Assembly: GCA_964187785.1 (NCBI GenBank)
Contig: OZ076421.1
Location: 35,092,001-35,156,000 of the forward strand
Direction of reading: 5' to 3'
Length of the DNA stretch: 64,000 nt
Source of the DNA: Amphiscolops sp. MND2022
Taxonomy: Eukaryota
Every line of letters starts with the position of its first letter. The stretch's first letter is position 1. Positions 36,738 to 50,189 of the stretch are shown here, piece by piece. Under the pieces are notes generated by a model. That model saw only the letters and a program-made list of their open reading frames with translations. It ran no database searches and was not told where the DNA came from. A program made the position numbers and the translations under genes.

Positions 36738-39700
36738 TTAGGAAGATTTAATTTTCTTGGGCGGGACGGGCAATGTGCCCATGTACTTGCAGATGATTTG
36801 AAGCATCACTTCGTCAGCACCCGCTCCTGAAGACAAGCAAAAGCGAAAATGTCAAGATTTGCGAGGACCTTGTCTCTGGAAGCTTTCAAGGCTAATAGTA
36901 AAAGATATAATCAACGGAGCAGAAATTTAGAATTTTTGTCGAAACATTTGGTAACAAAATATGCCGCGCTAATCTAAGTGACTAGTTTTGTCCTCCTGAC
37001 ATCATAGCTCATCAAATGATTCACTTTTTAGAGACTTAACGACTAAGTTCTAAAGCCTGCCCAAAGAGGCCAAAGGGTCCCCTTTTGGATATGAAAAAGG
37101 TAATATCCATTTCACCCCTCCCCGATGTTCTTGATATTTTCAGTTCGGAAAAGCCAGTTTAAGCCCAAAGAATACCCTCTTAGATATTTTTCGGCTTTGT
37201 GAGATTTTTCAGAATTTTCATAAAACCGCAACTGAGCATATTCTACAAGACTGCTTTTTGGGTCTTAAGCTGCGCGACGATTTGAAACTGTCTCATCTAA
37301 TTAGTTCTAAAATACCCAATATGTACTATAAAACTTGAGAACATCCTAAACCCAATGTTTCATTAACCATCAAGAACGAATTCAACAATTTGAGCGGCAC
37401 TGGCCCTTACCTATAGAAAGAAGCCTTAGATCTCTGAACGCACGGGACACCTTGCTCTCCCTGGAATAACCCATGCCTCCCCAGAACTGTAGACACGAGT
37501 CTGACACCTCTCTGGCCAGTCGCCCCGCCTTCAGTTTGATCATGGAAGCCAACTTGGTGACGTCACAGCCTTGTTGATACAGACTTACACATCTGCAATA
37601 CAGGCATGCATAGACATGTTTCAATCAGGGATCATGGAAAAATCGATTTTATTAAAAGCTTTGGAAAATCTGAATTTAACTTCAACCATTAGTTGTTCCA
37701 CAGAAAAAAAACAATGTAATTGTAACTTCCGAGGCGAATTGAATGCTATACTTTCTTGATGACCTTACGCAAAAGCATTCATACCAAATTTCCGTGAGAC
37801 CAAACCTTAATGACCCGAAAAGTATTTTACAGAAGTTTTTAGTTTTGTTGTGTTTTAAACAGTTCAATCGTTATGTATTAACTTGATCTTTCTTGACCTC
37901 GTTCAACTTCAAACAAAGGCTCTTTTTTCATGAAAATAAAGCATGTAGCATCCCTGTATATGGATGATCGTAACAACTCCACTTCCGTCTCAAGTTCGGC
38001 CAACCGGAAGTGGATATACTGATTATGTAACAGAGGTCTTCCGAACGCTTTTCGGTCACGTGTGTACTCGGCTGTCTCTCGGATGAGTCCAAACAAGGTT
38101 TCAACGATACTGGCAGCACCCCACATTCGTTCTTCCTGGAACTGGATCATTTGATAGACAAACCCAAGTCCTTCTTCGCCTAAAAACCCAGCGTAATTGT
38201 CAGCATATTTAGCTCAATACTCTGTATACCCGGGTTGACCCTCTTACTAGCATCTTGGCAAGATTTTACCAAGTTCTTACTACATCTTGGCGACCATGGA
38301 AGAACCCATGGCAAGATTCTTAAGATCTTACTAAGATGATACATTATTCCAAGATCGTATCTTGTCACGATGGACAAAATTCTAAGGTTATGAAAAACAC
38401 TCTACCTTCGGTACAAGCAACCGATACTCAATCTAAAGGCTCCGTACACCCAGCAACGGCCATTTCTACTTGTTTTCATAATCAAAATGCTCCAAACTGC
38501 TGAAACAAACTTGTATGCAAAAATGTGCGAAAATTTACGAAAACGTATTCTGGCTTCCAAAATTCTGACGAGAATCCTAATAACTCCTCACCTGTTTAGG
38601 ACTGAGAAATGCGAATGTACCAAATGAACCCTCATTTCAAGGACTTTTGAAAACTTGTAATTTCTCACTCCTGTCGATTCCAGAGACGGAGAAAAATTGT
38701 CTCAAACGTAAAAAGCCACTATCGGAAAGTTACACAGGGAACACTAAAAAATCCGGAAATTTTTCGTAAATTCATATCTCCGTCTTTGAGCCTGTTTCAG
38801 CTCATTGTCCAGGCAATTATTCAGCTGGAGGCTTTTCTGGCGCCGTTGTTGGCAACGATTTTGCAATTGATAGAACAATTAAATCAGTGCATCCCTAAAT
38901 AAACAGCATAAGAACTCTTCAATCAAATTTTATACCTTACAAACAGAAAATTTTAATGCCTAATATAAACATGCTAAAATGTTGATTTTTGCTGACTTCC
39001 TTTCAGATTTTTTTTCTGGCCAAATAGGATTTTGCAATAAAATTATTCTTTGGAACATGGCTCTCTTGATAAGATCTTACCATGACATCTTGGCAAGATC
39101 TTAGCTAAGATTTTTCCAAGATCTTACTAAGATATCCATGGAGGGAAAAAATATTTTTTTTGCTCAATTTCATCTGAATTTGATGTCAAAAAAAGGTGCG
39201 TAACTTTTAAACAATTACCACAATTTCAAGCAAACTACCTGATAACCTTATTTCTTGAAAATAGATTCTGGTCAATAATTTCGCAACCACGCTCACCTAT
39301 CAGATTTTCTTCAGGCACTTTGACATTGTCGAAGAAAATCTGGGCCGTATCTGAACTGTCCATTCCCAGTTTTTCAATCTTTTTCACCCTCTGGACGCCC
39401 TCCGAATCGAGGGGTACACAAATGAGAGACTTGTTCAGATGAACTGGCTCGTCTGGTTTGCCAGTATTGACCAGCATACACATCCAGTCAGCCTGGATTC
39501 CATTGGTTATCCACATTTTATTACCAGTTATGTAGTAATAACCGTCCTTCTTAACCGCCCGGCTGGTAATCCCCGCAACATCGCTACCCCCTCCTTGTTC
39601 ACTGACACCGATACAAGCAACCAAATCACCGGCAATGGAGGGCGCCAGAAACTTTTCCTTCAAATAGTCGGATCCAAAGTTAGCCAGAGCTGGAGTTGCC

Positions 39701-40826
39701 ATGTCACTCTGGACCCCGATGGCCATAGGGATAGCCCCACACGAACACTTGCCAAGCTCCTCTGCAGCAGCAATTTCGTAGCTGTAGTCTAGTCCTAAGC
39801 CTCCGAACTCTGTGGGTTTCGAGATGCCGAGGAATCCAGCGTTTCCCAGTTCTTTGAATAACTCCCGGGCTGGAAAAATTCCGGCCTTTTAGCAGCCAAA
39901 GCGTAAATTCATGGGGAGGAAAGTGACATTCAGACTCAAAAGAATTCAACGTTCGGACATTTTCGGGGAACATGAAGTTTGGTTTTTGAGTGATTCTTCA
40001 CATTAAAACGTGAGTTTTTGAGTGATAATCAGTTCCAAGGAAGTTTACACTGCTTTCATGTCAATTTTTGAAATATGAGCATAGAAACGGGTGTATAAAA
40101 AGGTGGTGAGATACTAAATAGTTCATTATTTTATCAAACATTTCAAGTTTTCAAGTATTTCTAGAAGGTTTGCAATGTTTGAAACACCCATGTGTTTCAA
40201 GTACTCATACATCGGCTTCTTAAATCTGCGAGCTCGTTTTCAAACGATTGTCTGGCGGCGCATTTGACTAGTTTATTTCTCCACACTTCAACGATTACAC
40301 TGAAAAGTCCATTTTTGACAGTTTGAAAAAAAAAACACATAGAAGATCATAATTGGTGTTCGTTCAAGATTATATTCGCAACCGAATTTGAGTGGGAAAA
40401 ACTTGAAAAACGATGTTTTTTTATTTGTTCAAACACATCCTGAAAAAAAACCTTTTTGCAACCTTGAGTTCTAACGGAAATTATACGCAATGTAAACAAA
40501 CTGTCAACTAAATGTAAATCCAAATTATGAAGCCATGAGTTTTGAGAATGAGTTTACGCCTCATTCTTCATTACCTGTTCCCATTCATTCACATATGGCT
40601 CGATATGTTTCTGGATGAGTTTATTGTACGTGTCGCGTAACTCAACGTGTTGCTGGGTGTAAATGTGTTCATGCTCCAAAGTAGGTTGGGGTAAGGCCTG
40701 AAGTTTGGTGGCAACTGGTTTGGGCTTCTCGGACACAACCTGACAGCGGTTTGCAGAAGCCGCAAACGTTCTGCATGCAACATTCTGAAGCCCAAAAGTG
40801 GAATTTGTCAGCATGCGGAGTTTCAT
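36738..40826 (-). CDS. Mitochondrial acyl-CoA dehydrogenase (ACAD family, LCAD-type catalytic Glu in FQEERM), 5 coding exons, about 445 aa
   Basis: Exons 40826-40575, 39885-39297, 38179-37954, 37592-37411 and 36826-36738 join in frame. Motifs: N-terminal targeting peptide, IGVSEQGGGSDV, GNKMWITNG, EKLGMDSSDTAQIFFDNVKVP, KAFGRPL, LQFWGGMGY, RDLRLLSIGAGADEVM. The intron 3 donor is non-canonical. Confidence 0.92.
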
Positions 40827-41780
40827 CTTGGCCTGAAAAACGGACACTTGAAGTTCACGAAATAAAAAACGGAGAGAATAAACGCTGGAAATAGTGGTTC
40901 AATAGTGAATCAGACTCCTTGAAACAATCTTTAGTGGAAAAAAGCAGGCCTAACAACATGCACTTAAAGCATCAGAACTCGAAAAAGGAAATTTGTAAAT
41001 TTTGAATTACTTTTTATGTTCACCCCTCTTCAAATGAATGAGAGCAGACAAAGTGTTTTTCGGGATGTTATGTTTGTGCAGGAAATTAGAACTGAAACAA
41101 GAAATTGAAAACATAATTTTTGTGCATGACAACACGCAAACGCAAATGAAATATACAAAAATGTTAGAATTCAGAACTTCTCTATGCATTAAACTAAATG
41201 TCATAAGAGCATATTAAGTTGGAGAAAATCTGCATCAATAATGGTACATGAATTTGAAAAATGCATGAAACATGCAATAACTCTTTCCTGGAAAAATATA
41301 CATATATCAAAAATTCTCTGATTTTCAAAGATTAATTGTGAAAGGAAATACCAAAGCAGTGAACAAAAAAGACAAGAACAGGTTAAAATTTCCAGAGGTC
41401 TAATTTCACTTTGAAGTCGGTAATGCTATTACTATCACGATAAAAAGTGCCAAGATGAAAATGAATGGGGTACTTTGAGCACTCTTTGTACCAAAACTTC
41501 CGAAGTATCTTGAATAGAATACCAATAAATTGTTAATCAAGGGTATAAATATTAAATTATCTAGCAACTAAAGCAGGTCAAATTTCCACAGTTCGGGATC
41601 CTGCAATGAAAGAAAATCTTTTGATGAGCTTCAAGGGATATTTTCTCACTTCGTTGCATGCTAAAATTCTACTTCACTGATTTCACGGATTCAACCAATA
41701 ATTGGATTCTACTGTTATCCTAATTGCATTAGATACAAAGTTGTGCATAATACATACGAATCCACAATCATTAAAGAAGG

Positions 41781-41880
41781 AGCTTGCTATGGGAGATCCG
41801 AAAAAGAGCTCCGACTTAGAAAAGCAGAAATTATTCGGCGTACAACCCCGCGGTATGGGGAAATTTACCTTCTCTAAGAA
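41781..41880 (+). mobile_element. 3' fragment of the same SINE family
   Basis: AGCTTGCTATGGG...CCGACTTAGAAAAGCAGA...TTCGGCGT.CA.CCCGCGG.ATGGGGAAAT matches 4948-5040. Confidence 0.75.
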
Positions 41881-42570
41881 GGGAATATTTCACGGCTGAA
41901 AAACGTCTGTGACGACAAGAGGAACAATGGTACTGCTGTTTTTCAAGTCATTTTGAAAACTTCCCAGAAAAGAACAGCATTAAATCTGGACAATTACTGT
42001 TTTGAGAACCTTACGGAAATCGGCCCTCCGAAACTTTTGTGACTTGAAATCTTTCGAAACAATTCCAGTAGTACATATATCTCTAAATTCCAAGTTAAAG
42101 TCTTGAAACAATCTTTACGGCAGTCCAAATAGCGGTGACCGGGCATTACGACCAAAGCGGATATTACGCTAAATAGAAGACCGAGTGATACATTTTTTTT
42201 TCAAAATAATGGGCGTACTGTCCGCTTGGGACGTAATGTCCTCGAACTCAAAATAGCCCATTATCAGTGGCATGGAAACGAAGAATCGAATTTGGAGTCT
42301 AATCAATTATGTTTAGGAACTATGTCCAACAGATATCTCTCCCAAAATTTGTTTCTTTCAGCACTTTAAAATGATCAACACTTTTCAACACTTTGGAGTT
42401 TTGAAATGATCAAAATTTCTGAAGTAACATATTTCATGGTTAGTCATCCGATACTATCAACTTGACTGTCAATACCTGGCGCAATACATTTTATACTTGA
42501 AGCAAAAAACTGAAACATCAATTTTTCATGAATTGAAAACGACAAAAAATAAAAGGACGAACGCTATTAA

Positions 42571-42803
42571 CCTTAACTTAGCCACTGTGCCGAATTTGGC
42601 GTGCAAAGTTTTGGCGCAAAGTCCGGAGCCACGGTAGCGGGCCCCCAGCCCAGCAGTTTAAAAATTGATTTGAAAGCCCTGATGCTCCTCTTTCGAAAGC
42701 TCTATAAATTGTTTGTCGGACTTGAATAGTTTGAGATATTGCGGTTTTAAGTTTAAGCACCCGATTTTTGGATGGGTCCAAAATTTTCCTGGTCAACTTA
42801 AGG
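42571..42803. mobile_element. piggyBac-type MITE (233 bp)
   Basis: TTAA at 42567-42570 and 42804-42807. Termini CCTTAACTTAGCC / GGTCAACTTAAGG match at 10 of 13 positions as an inverted repeat. Confidence 0.65.
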
Positions 42804-44843
42804 TTAACTTGAATGCAAAAATGAAACGAGATTTCTCAAAATTAGCAAAATTATGCATTGATTATCCTTAAATCTTAGACGTATTGTAGAAATTTTATAG
42901 CAGTTTTGTTATCACTTCGGCCGGATTGGAACAAAATCATCGTAAAGCAGCTGTCGTAGTCGTGTTTTATTTCAAAGCACAGTCTAAAAGGCGTATCTGG
43001 TAAGACTAACTTCCCTTCTCTATAAAAACGAACAATTGACAATAATGTTTGAAATCCCTCGTTTGTAATTTTCTCGACTTTCCTTTTAAACTCCACGTTT
43101 TTCTATATGTCAAAGCGATTTTGGCCGGCATTTAAATTTCCTAGAAATTTTTCTTTGGGCGACTATTGAAAAAATATCGTCTTTTGATCAATTTTCTTCA
43201 ATCGGAAACTTCTAACCTGCCTCAGATTTCTCAGATTTCTTTTAGCCGATCTGATCAACTCGAAGGCTGCTTCTGACTGGAAGATACAAACTGAAAATGT
43301 CTCCGAATTTTCAATAAATCTAGTATTCACTAATTTTCTCACTTAATGAACAAAGCGGCCAACCAAAACCAAAATTTATTGCGTCTCATCAGCTGAGACG
43401 AAAAGTCATTTGATTGAGAGGTTTTTGGCCTGGGGTGATATAAAAATTAACAATCACTAGAAATTAAAAATGTTCAATATGTTCATGACAGATTGCTATC
43501 ATCTTCGAGATAATGATTCAGCGAGAACTCAGCAAATATGAGCTAGTGTCATACAGTTTCGTTGAAAACTTCGAAGCAAATCACAATCTGCAATTGGAAC
43601 AGCTTTCTGCTAAGTTGCGGATAAAAGTACATCAGTGTTCAAAAAAACCGGTGACCGAGAAATAGCGGATCGTGCCCAATACGAAAACATTTTTTCGTGC
43701 AAGAAAAAATTCAGCTCGAACGAATGAATTTGATTGACATGATTACAAATAATTAGAGGATTGTCTTTAGAGCTGTTTTATCCCTTCCAGCAAAAAATGA
43801 CCCAGACACTTTTTGATATTTTTCCCAAAATAGCAAAATTTTATGTCAGAAACTAGCCGCATATGAAGGCCTCGTTTTAATGCAAAATTTTTCCACCATA
43901 AAATCTAATGAAAAACTTTTAACTGCCAATCAATGTAAAAGAGGATCAATTAGAAAACATGGTCAACAATTTTTTCATCAAATTAAGCGAAACAAGAATA
44001 AAGCAAAGCAATAAAAAACGGAAAAAGTCTATAACGTCTCTCAAACTTCGCTTCAATGCTGTTTTGAAGCATGTGTGAAAAACCAGTTTTCACTCCTTAT
44101 TTATCATCGTTACATGCTAACTCCGGTTCTTCAAGAAAATGACTGCTGTAAAGCACTTGAACTTTCGTTCATTCTACCACCACGATTGTATGTTTTCACA
44201 AGACTGGCTAATTCGAAAATATGTGAAGAATCTTTTCACGCTCATGTGCTTGTCGTTTCAGTTTGTGAACCAATCAAGTGGCATGAACAAGACAGAACGA
44301 ACATGAACATGACATGAACATCGGAAGATTCAAGGGATCGAAAAATCAAAAGGCTCGAAAATCCAGTGAAAACGGCGACAATAACCGGTCAGACACTTTT
44401 GCTATTTGTGAATTCGAAGCGTTTGCATTCATGAACAGTGAATTAGGTTTTACCAAAAAGCGCTCTTATAACTTATTGCGCTTGTGACTGACCACTTAAT
44501 TCTTAAGCTGCGCTTCTCGTAAGAATGCTAAGCAGTAAGTTTAAATTTCCAACAACTTAATTTTCCGAACTTAATCTGCTATGACATTTGTCAGCAAAAT
44601 AGAAGAACCAGGCAATAGTCTTTCAACTGTATTGGGGCCGGGTGAAACGTTCAGAACTTGCAAATCGTGCTGACCAATCGGATAGCGCCAATTTCAGTAT
44701 TCGCTTTTGATATCAGCACTTATTTGGATACTACGTCTTTCGCTTCTTTTGCACTTTCTCTCCCTGATCAATACGCATTTTCAGGTTATCGAAAATCTAA
44801 AAAACAATTCGAATCTGCAAAAAATAGACATCATTCATTTTGC

Positions 44844-46580
44844 GGATAGATTACCAGAAATTTCGTCCTCAGAAAATTCGTCGTCGGAAATTTCGTCGTG
44901 AGATTTCGTCGCCAGAAAGTCCGTCGTAATACACCTCGCGTAAAGTCAATCGTAATTGAATCACTTAGTAAGCGTATGAAATAATGTGAATGAACAAAAA
45001 GCACAGTGAAAGCTAGAATCAACCTGAATTTTTCACATGTTCTATCAAAATTCAATTCTTGTAATTTATTCTTTGAAAATTGATTTAGACAAGGATTTGT
45101 TTTTCGAAAAGGTAGATTGCATTGCTACCTGATGAAAATCGATTGGAAAATTGTTTGTGTCGCAATGATGAATTTTTATACGACGCGTTTTGTATTAAGG
45201 AAAAACTACAAAGCCTCCGCAATTCAACTTTTTTCCGGGAAAAATATCGTACCAATGATGGTTTACTGAGGTACGCACAGATGCTCGTTAAAGATTGCTT
45301 CTCAAAGGGCTGACCACCCTCACCACTGACTGCTGATCACCCAGATACGGGAGCAATCTTTGTCGAATTAACCGGAATCTGCGGTGGGGGAGGGTGCAAC
45401 CAACTGTTAGGTGGCATATCAACAAGAATAATACCAAAATCCAAAACTTCTATTCGATATGATTAAAATCACGAACACAAAAAAATTCACTATCAATATT
45501 TGAAAAGCATTGCGAAAGACTTCAAGAGTTCTATTTTCCCGTCAACTAAGTTTGATAATTTCCTAAAGCAAAGGTTTTGCAGCTTCTTTGTGGAATCTTT
45601 TACATATGTACTCACTCTTCTTCCACCGCCGATTTTGTAATCAAGTAAATCCAAACAGACCAGACCCATCTCTTACTTGAGCAAATCCAGAAACTGCCAA
45701 ATATTTGGGTTACCAGACCGCAAGTTGAATTTAATCTGGCATCCCAACCCTCCATGTGATTGGTTGTCAGCAAGGCTCCTAGGAGTGATCGGTCTCGTAT
45801 AATCCGGAAATCAAGGCTATACGGCGGCTGCCGTCTTTTGATCGAGGATTAATTGCGCCATTACAAGTACGCTCAAAGTAGTTGAACACGGCCGTTACCA
45901 TGGACAACTCTTGTTCTCCAAATTTGATTACTTGTACCTCATTTAGACTATGAACGCTTTTCAAGTCATTTGGTAGAGGCGGATGTTCCTTTTTTCTTTG
46001 TTCAAAAATTTTCTTGGTGTATTCAATTGACGGGAGTTTTGCCAGGACGTGTTTCTTGAGTACCAGCGTAAGCCTTCTGTTTCTCAGCATTTCCAGGTTC
46101 TACCAAGTGATTATGAGCCCCCAAGCTTTCCAGCACGGCTGATGCAATTGTTTGCTATCGACATTTACATCTAATTTGTAGAAAAATTTGCAACGCCATG
46201 ACGTTTCGATGTCAGTCTCTCTTTCGAGATTGCATATATGCCCTTGACGAATGACAATTGGTCGGCCTCGGTTACTAGTCGAAAATTCGATTGTGTCCAT
46301 GATGCAGTAGTTTTGCAAATTACTCGGCTGTTTCAGTCAAATGACAGTGTCTGTACGTCTGATGCTCTTTTATACAGAAACTTTGAGTCTTAATAATTAT
46401 CGTCTCGGGAGTGTTAATGAATAATCGATCAAAGTTGAGAAATAATCAACATTAACACTTTCCAATAGGTTACTTAACTGAAGATTAAGTGGACGCTTCT
46501 AATTATTACGACGAAATTCCTTTATCCGGTAATACGACGAAATTTCTCGCGACGAAATTACCGACAAAATTTTTGTCTCC
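44844..46580 (-). mobile_element. Mutator-like (MULE) deletion derivative with FLYWCH finger and sub-repeated TIRs
   Basis: IEFSTSNRGRPIVIRQGH...WRC...HNH (FLYWCH, about 46300-46080). YFERT, TNHMEGW..RLN and PNIWQFL C-terminal MULE motifs (about 45900-45650). Inverted arrays of GAAATTTCGTCG at 44855-44930 and 46505-46575. Confidence 0.75.
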
Positions 46581-46769
46581 CTGCAGATGACAGCACTTAT
46601 ATCATCGAAGAACAATACTAAGGTGATTAAGGAACCGGAAAAAGACCTGGCGCAAATGAATTCTTGTTGACGTACAATTATTCCTTTCGACAAAATATTG
46701 CCGGGAACGACTTATAAGTTGTGCAGTGGATTTGACGGTGACAATACAATTATGGAAAAACTTAAAGTA

Positions 46770-46985
46770 CTTGACAAAAAATTAAATCTTCATAGTCATA
46801 TAGCTATTATCAAAAAATCGTGGCTTGTCGTTAAGGCCTCAAGATTGTTTCTCCCAAAATGTCCAGGCATATGCAAAACTAGTCACATCTTAGGAATGTT
46901 TTCGGATAGAGGTACCAGACATTCGGTTTTAAATGAAATCGTTTTAATGCAAAAACGAATCTTGAGAATGATACTTTACTTTTTA
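46770..46985 (+). mobile_element. Fragment of the LINE copy 1 family (3' part of ORF2)
   Basis: Similar to the reverse complement of about 15330-15550 (HSHIA...GTRHSVLNEI.LMQKRI). Confidence 0.7.
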
Positions 46986-47679
46986 TTTTAAAAACGTGGC
47001 AATTCAGTTTCGAGTTTGTTTTTGACTCCAAAATATCGACTGTGTCTACATACCCTCTACACATCAGAAGAATTTTCATAATAGACTTCAAAATCTATTT
47101 TTGTTCGACAAATCAACCATTGATTACGAAAAAACAAGCTTACCGACCGATCTCAAACTATCGATTCAATTCGGCCTTAACTTCTGAAAACTTACATCAA
47201 ATATTTTTTCAGGTGGCATGATCTCGAAATACTACAATTCTTTAAATAAACATGATTTTTTGCCGAGGTTTGAAAACAAAATAAAAAATTCCAAGAAATT
47301 ATACATCCAGGAAAGTGAAACTACTTTCAATTTTATTTTAACTATAGGGCCGCATATAAAAACTGAACAGCCCCTGTTTGTGTCCTGTCAGATCGTTTGT
47401 TTGGTCTATGATAAATGTTGAGTTGTTTGCTTTTTGTCTGAAATTCAAAGTTTCAAATAAAAGTGCTTGAAAGAAAGGATAATTTTAGTCGGCTTTTTCG
47501 ATAGAGTCCACTGCATCAGTGAACTGACTCGCTTACTTGATTCTGCCATTTTGCCTAGCGGTTCGTGCGGATTTCCAGACCTGGTGACGGCCTGAAAAGC
47601 AGAACTACGTAGGTTCAAGACCCGCACTGAACCAATTTTTTATGATAGCAAAGGTTGAGGAAATACCATCGTCCGTCTC

Positions 47680-48008
47680 TTGGGGTTTTGCGGCACTATG
47701 CTTTTCCGGAAAAAAATCCACTTATCAAAGGATACCCCCCTTCACGCTCATAAATGTTTTGGCTTAAAAAAGCGTTTTGCGAGCTTCAAGCTCCTTTTTC
47801 GACATTATTTTTTCCGCAAAAAAAAATTTTCGAATGTTTTGATGTTTCCAGTAAGGGAAAACACTGTTTTCGAGTCTTGTGGGTATTCTTTCAGGTATGT
47901 TTTCGGCACTGTAAATTTGATAAAATTTTCACAAAAGCCATTTTGTATATCCAAAAAACTTTTGAACCTTGAGCTTGGGCGCCAAATTGTGCCGTTCCCG
48001 GCTTGTTT
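47680..48008 (+). repeat. Repeat A subfamily copy
   Basis: TTTTCGGCACTRT units and terminus GGGCGCCAAATTGTGCCGTTCCCGGCTTGTT. Confidence 0.75.
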
Positions 48009-49480
48009 ATAAATAAAATTCAATATCAATAGAGAATTGATACAAAATAGTCAAATTGTCTCAGGGGTTAAAAACTTACCTGACGAAAAGATATTACTGT
48101 AAAATAAAAAGATATTACTTCAAAATCAGGGTGTCAAATGTTACAAAATTGTCCCGCATTGAAATCGAATTTAGTAAATGTACTCGATGAAAATGAATTG
48201 AAGTTGCTTGAATATTTATATTTCAAGTGTCTAATTAAAATGTACAATGTTTGTTTATTTGTTCTTGGAACACCCATGATTTTCGTTGAAAATTCGGGTT
48301 AGTTTTGTTGCTGCTGTTCAATTCATCTTTTACCATTCATTCCAATTTAACCACAATCGTACGAAAAATAAAAACCTAAAAGTCCTGCTCAAGTAAAAGG
48401 TCGTCCCAAAAATCCAAGAGTGCGTGCACTTTACCTTACAAGAACATGGTTTGAGAGAGGACCCTGAAAAGTGAGAACAAAACCCAAAAAACAAAGCCAG
48501 CCTCAAAAACAAGAGCAACTTGGGGACATTTTAGCCTCAATTTCGAGATGAACAAATAGACACTGCTTCGTGAGTTCACAGCGGATGACAGCACGTAGCT
48601 AGAAATTCCCTTCACGTTGCCGGAAATTAAATGAAAAAAAAATGAGAGAAAAGTCAAAACGTTTTTACGAAAATCATGAACATTTTGCTCGATGCATTTC
48701 TGAAGCACGCATCTCAGCATTGTTTTAGCATGTTTGAGTGAGGATAATAAAGTATCACATTTACTCACTATAAAAGTAGATTCGTAGCATGCCCAGAGTT
48801 CAACAACGAATCATTTGGCGACGTAGCATACTTTGGCGGAGATAAATACTTATTTTCGAAAATAAAATGCCTGAAATGAACAAGACAAAATTTCAAGTTT
48901 CAACAAATATTTCATGCAATTTTTCGACCACAATTTTCGTATTTTTGCATGTTTATGAAAAAATGTAAAGAATTGAAGAACAAATCAATTAGCTACCTAA
49001 CATACTTTGGTTTGAAAAATAGGCCCCGCCGGGCACACTATTATTTCTGCTTTAATCTTTCATTAATAATAGAATCATATCTGGAATACCAATACACTCC
49101 CGTTTTAGCGCACAATTAATCACTGTACCAGTTTATACCGCCTTTAAATCTCGGACTAGAGCATATATAACGCAGGCGAAGCTCTCAGCGAACGTATAAT
49201 TAACACTCGTTCGCTTCATCTCAATATCTCGTCGTACGAAAGCATAACCACTCGCTCGTTCCATTGCACGAGAAACGAATTGTCGGCAGCTTGAGAAATT
49301 TAATTCTCATGCTTATAGTAACTGCAGAACAAAATATCTGAATTTTTCAGTATCACGACAAGAATTTTACTGAAACAAAAGTTGACATCTTGAGGTTTCA
49401 ATAATATTGCTGCCATCGCAGAAATAATGAAAATAGCATTTCTTGTAGGAAAACGTAAAGTGAACCTAATTTCGAATTTT

Positions 49481-49830
49481 GGGGATCGCGGCGTAAGGTT
49501 TAAAGCATTAAGCCTGAACTAGTGGAGTATCAGGTTCGAACACTTCTCAATTCATTATTGTCTGGCCTTAGCCAAGTCGTTCATCTCTAGCTTAGTGGTA
49601 TGATCAGGGCAAAAAATTTGGCGGAGCAAACAGAAGAGCAACGGCGAGCAGTCACAACTTTGTAACCTTAGGCAAGTACTTCGGAACAATAGCTTCAGGC
49701 CGATCACTGCTTGACCACTTGGCTGCAAATATGGGACCATAGCTTGCTGTGGGGAGATAGTATCCGAAAAGGGCACGACTCAGAAAAGCAGAACTCCGCC
49801 CTGTGAAATTAGGGAAATGAAATTTCCTCT
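49481..49830 (+). mobile_element. tRNA-derived SINE, second copy
   Basis: B box GGTTCGAAC at 49533-49541 and a body colinear with 4672-5055. Confidence 0.8.
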
Positions 49831-50189
49831 TAATTGATACATATGTTTTACATTGGTGTACAATTTTTGGTTGTTTCAGTGTGGTATTAGCATTACAAGC
49901 CAAGCAACAAAATAGCTACTAAACATACCCTTGTTATAGAGAAATATGACATACTCAAAAAAAATAACCAAAAAATGACAATTTCCACTCTTCGTACTTT
50001 TGAAAGTTCGTAGTTTATTGACCATGCTCGAGCTTTAGAATTGTCGCCGCTAAAAAGTTTAGGATGCAAAGTCGGTGGTCAGCGGGCGTCTTGTTTGAGT
50101 TTTCGGAGTTTTTCAAATAAAAAAACATTGATCGAATCATCTAGATTCATTTCAACTTTCTCGGAAAAACCTGGAAAATTCAGCGAAAT

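Noticed and set aside
48340-48620. VKGRPK-containing decayed frame suggesting another MULE fragment
   Set aside because: It is a single short motif with several stops and no TIRs, too weak to call.
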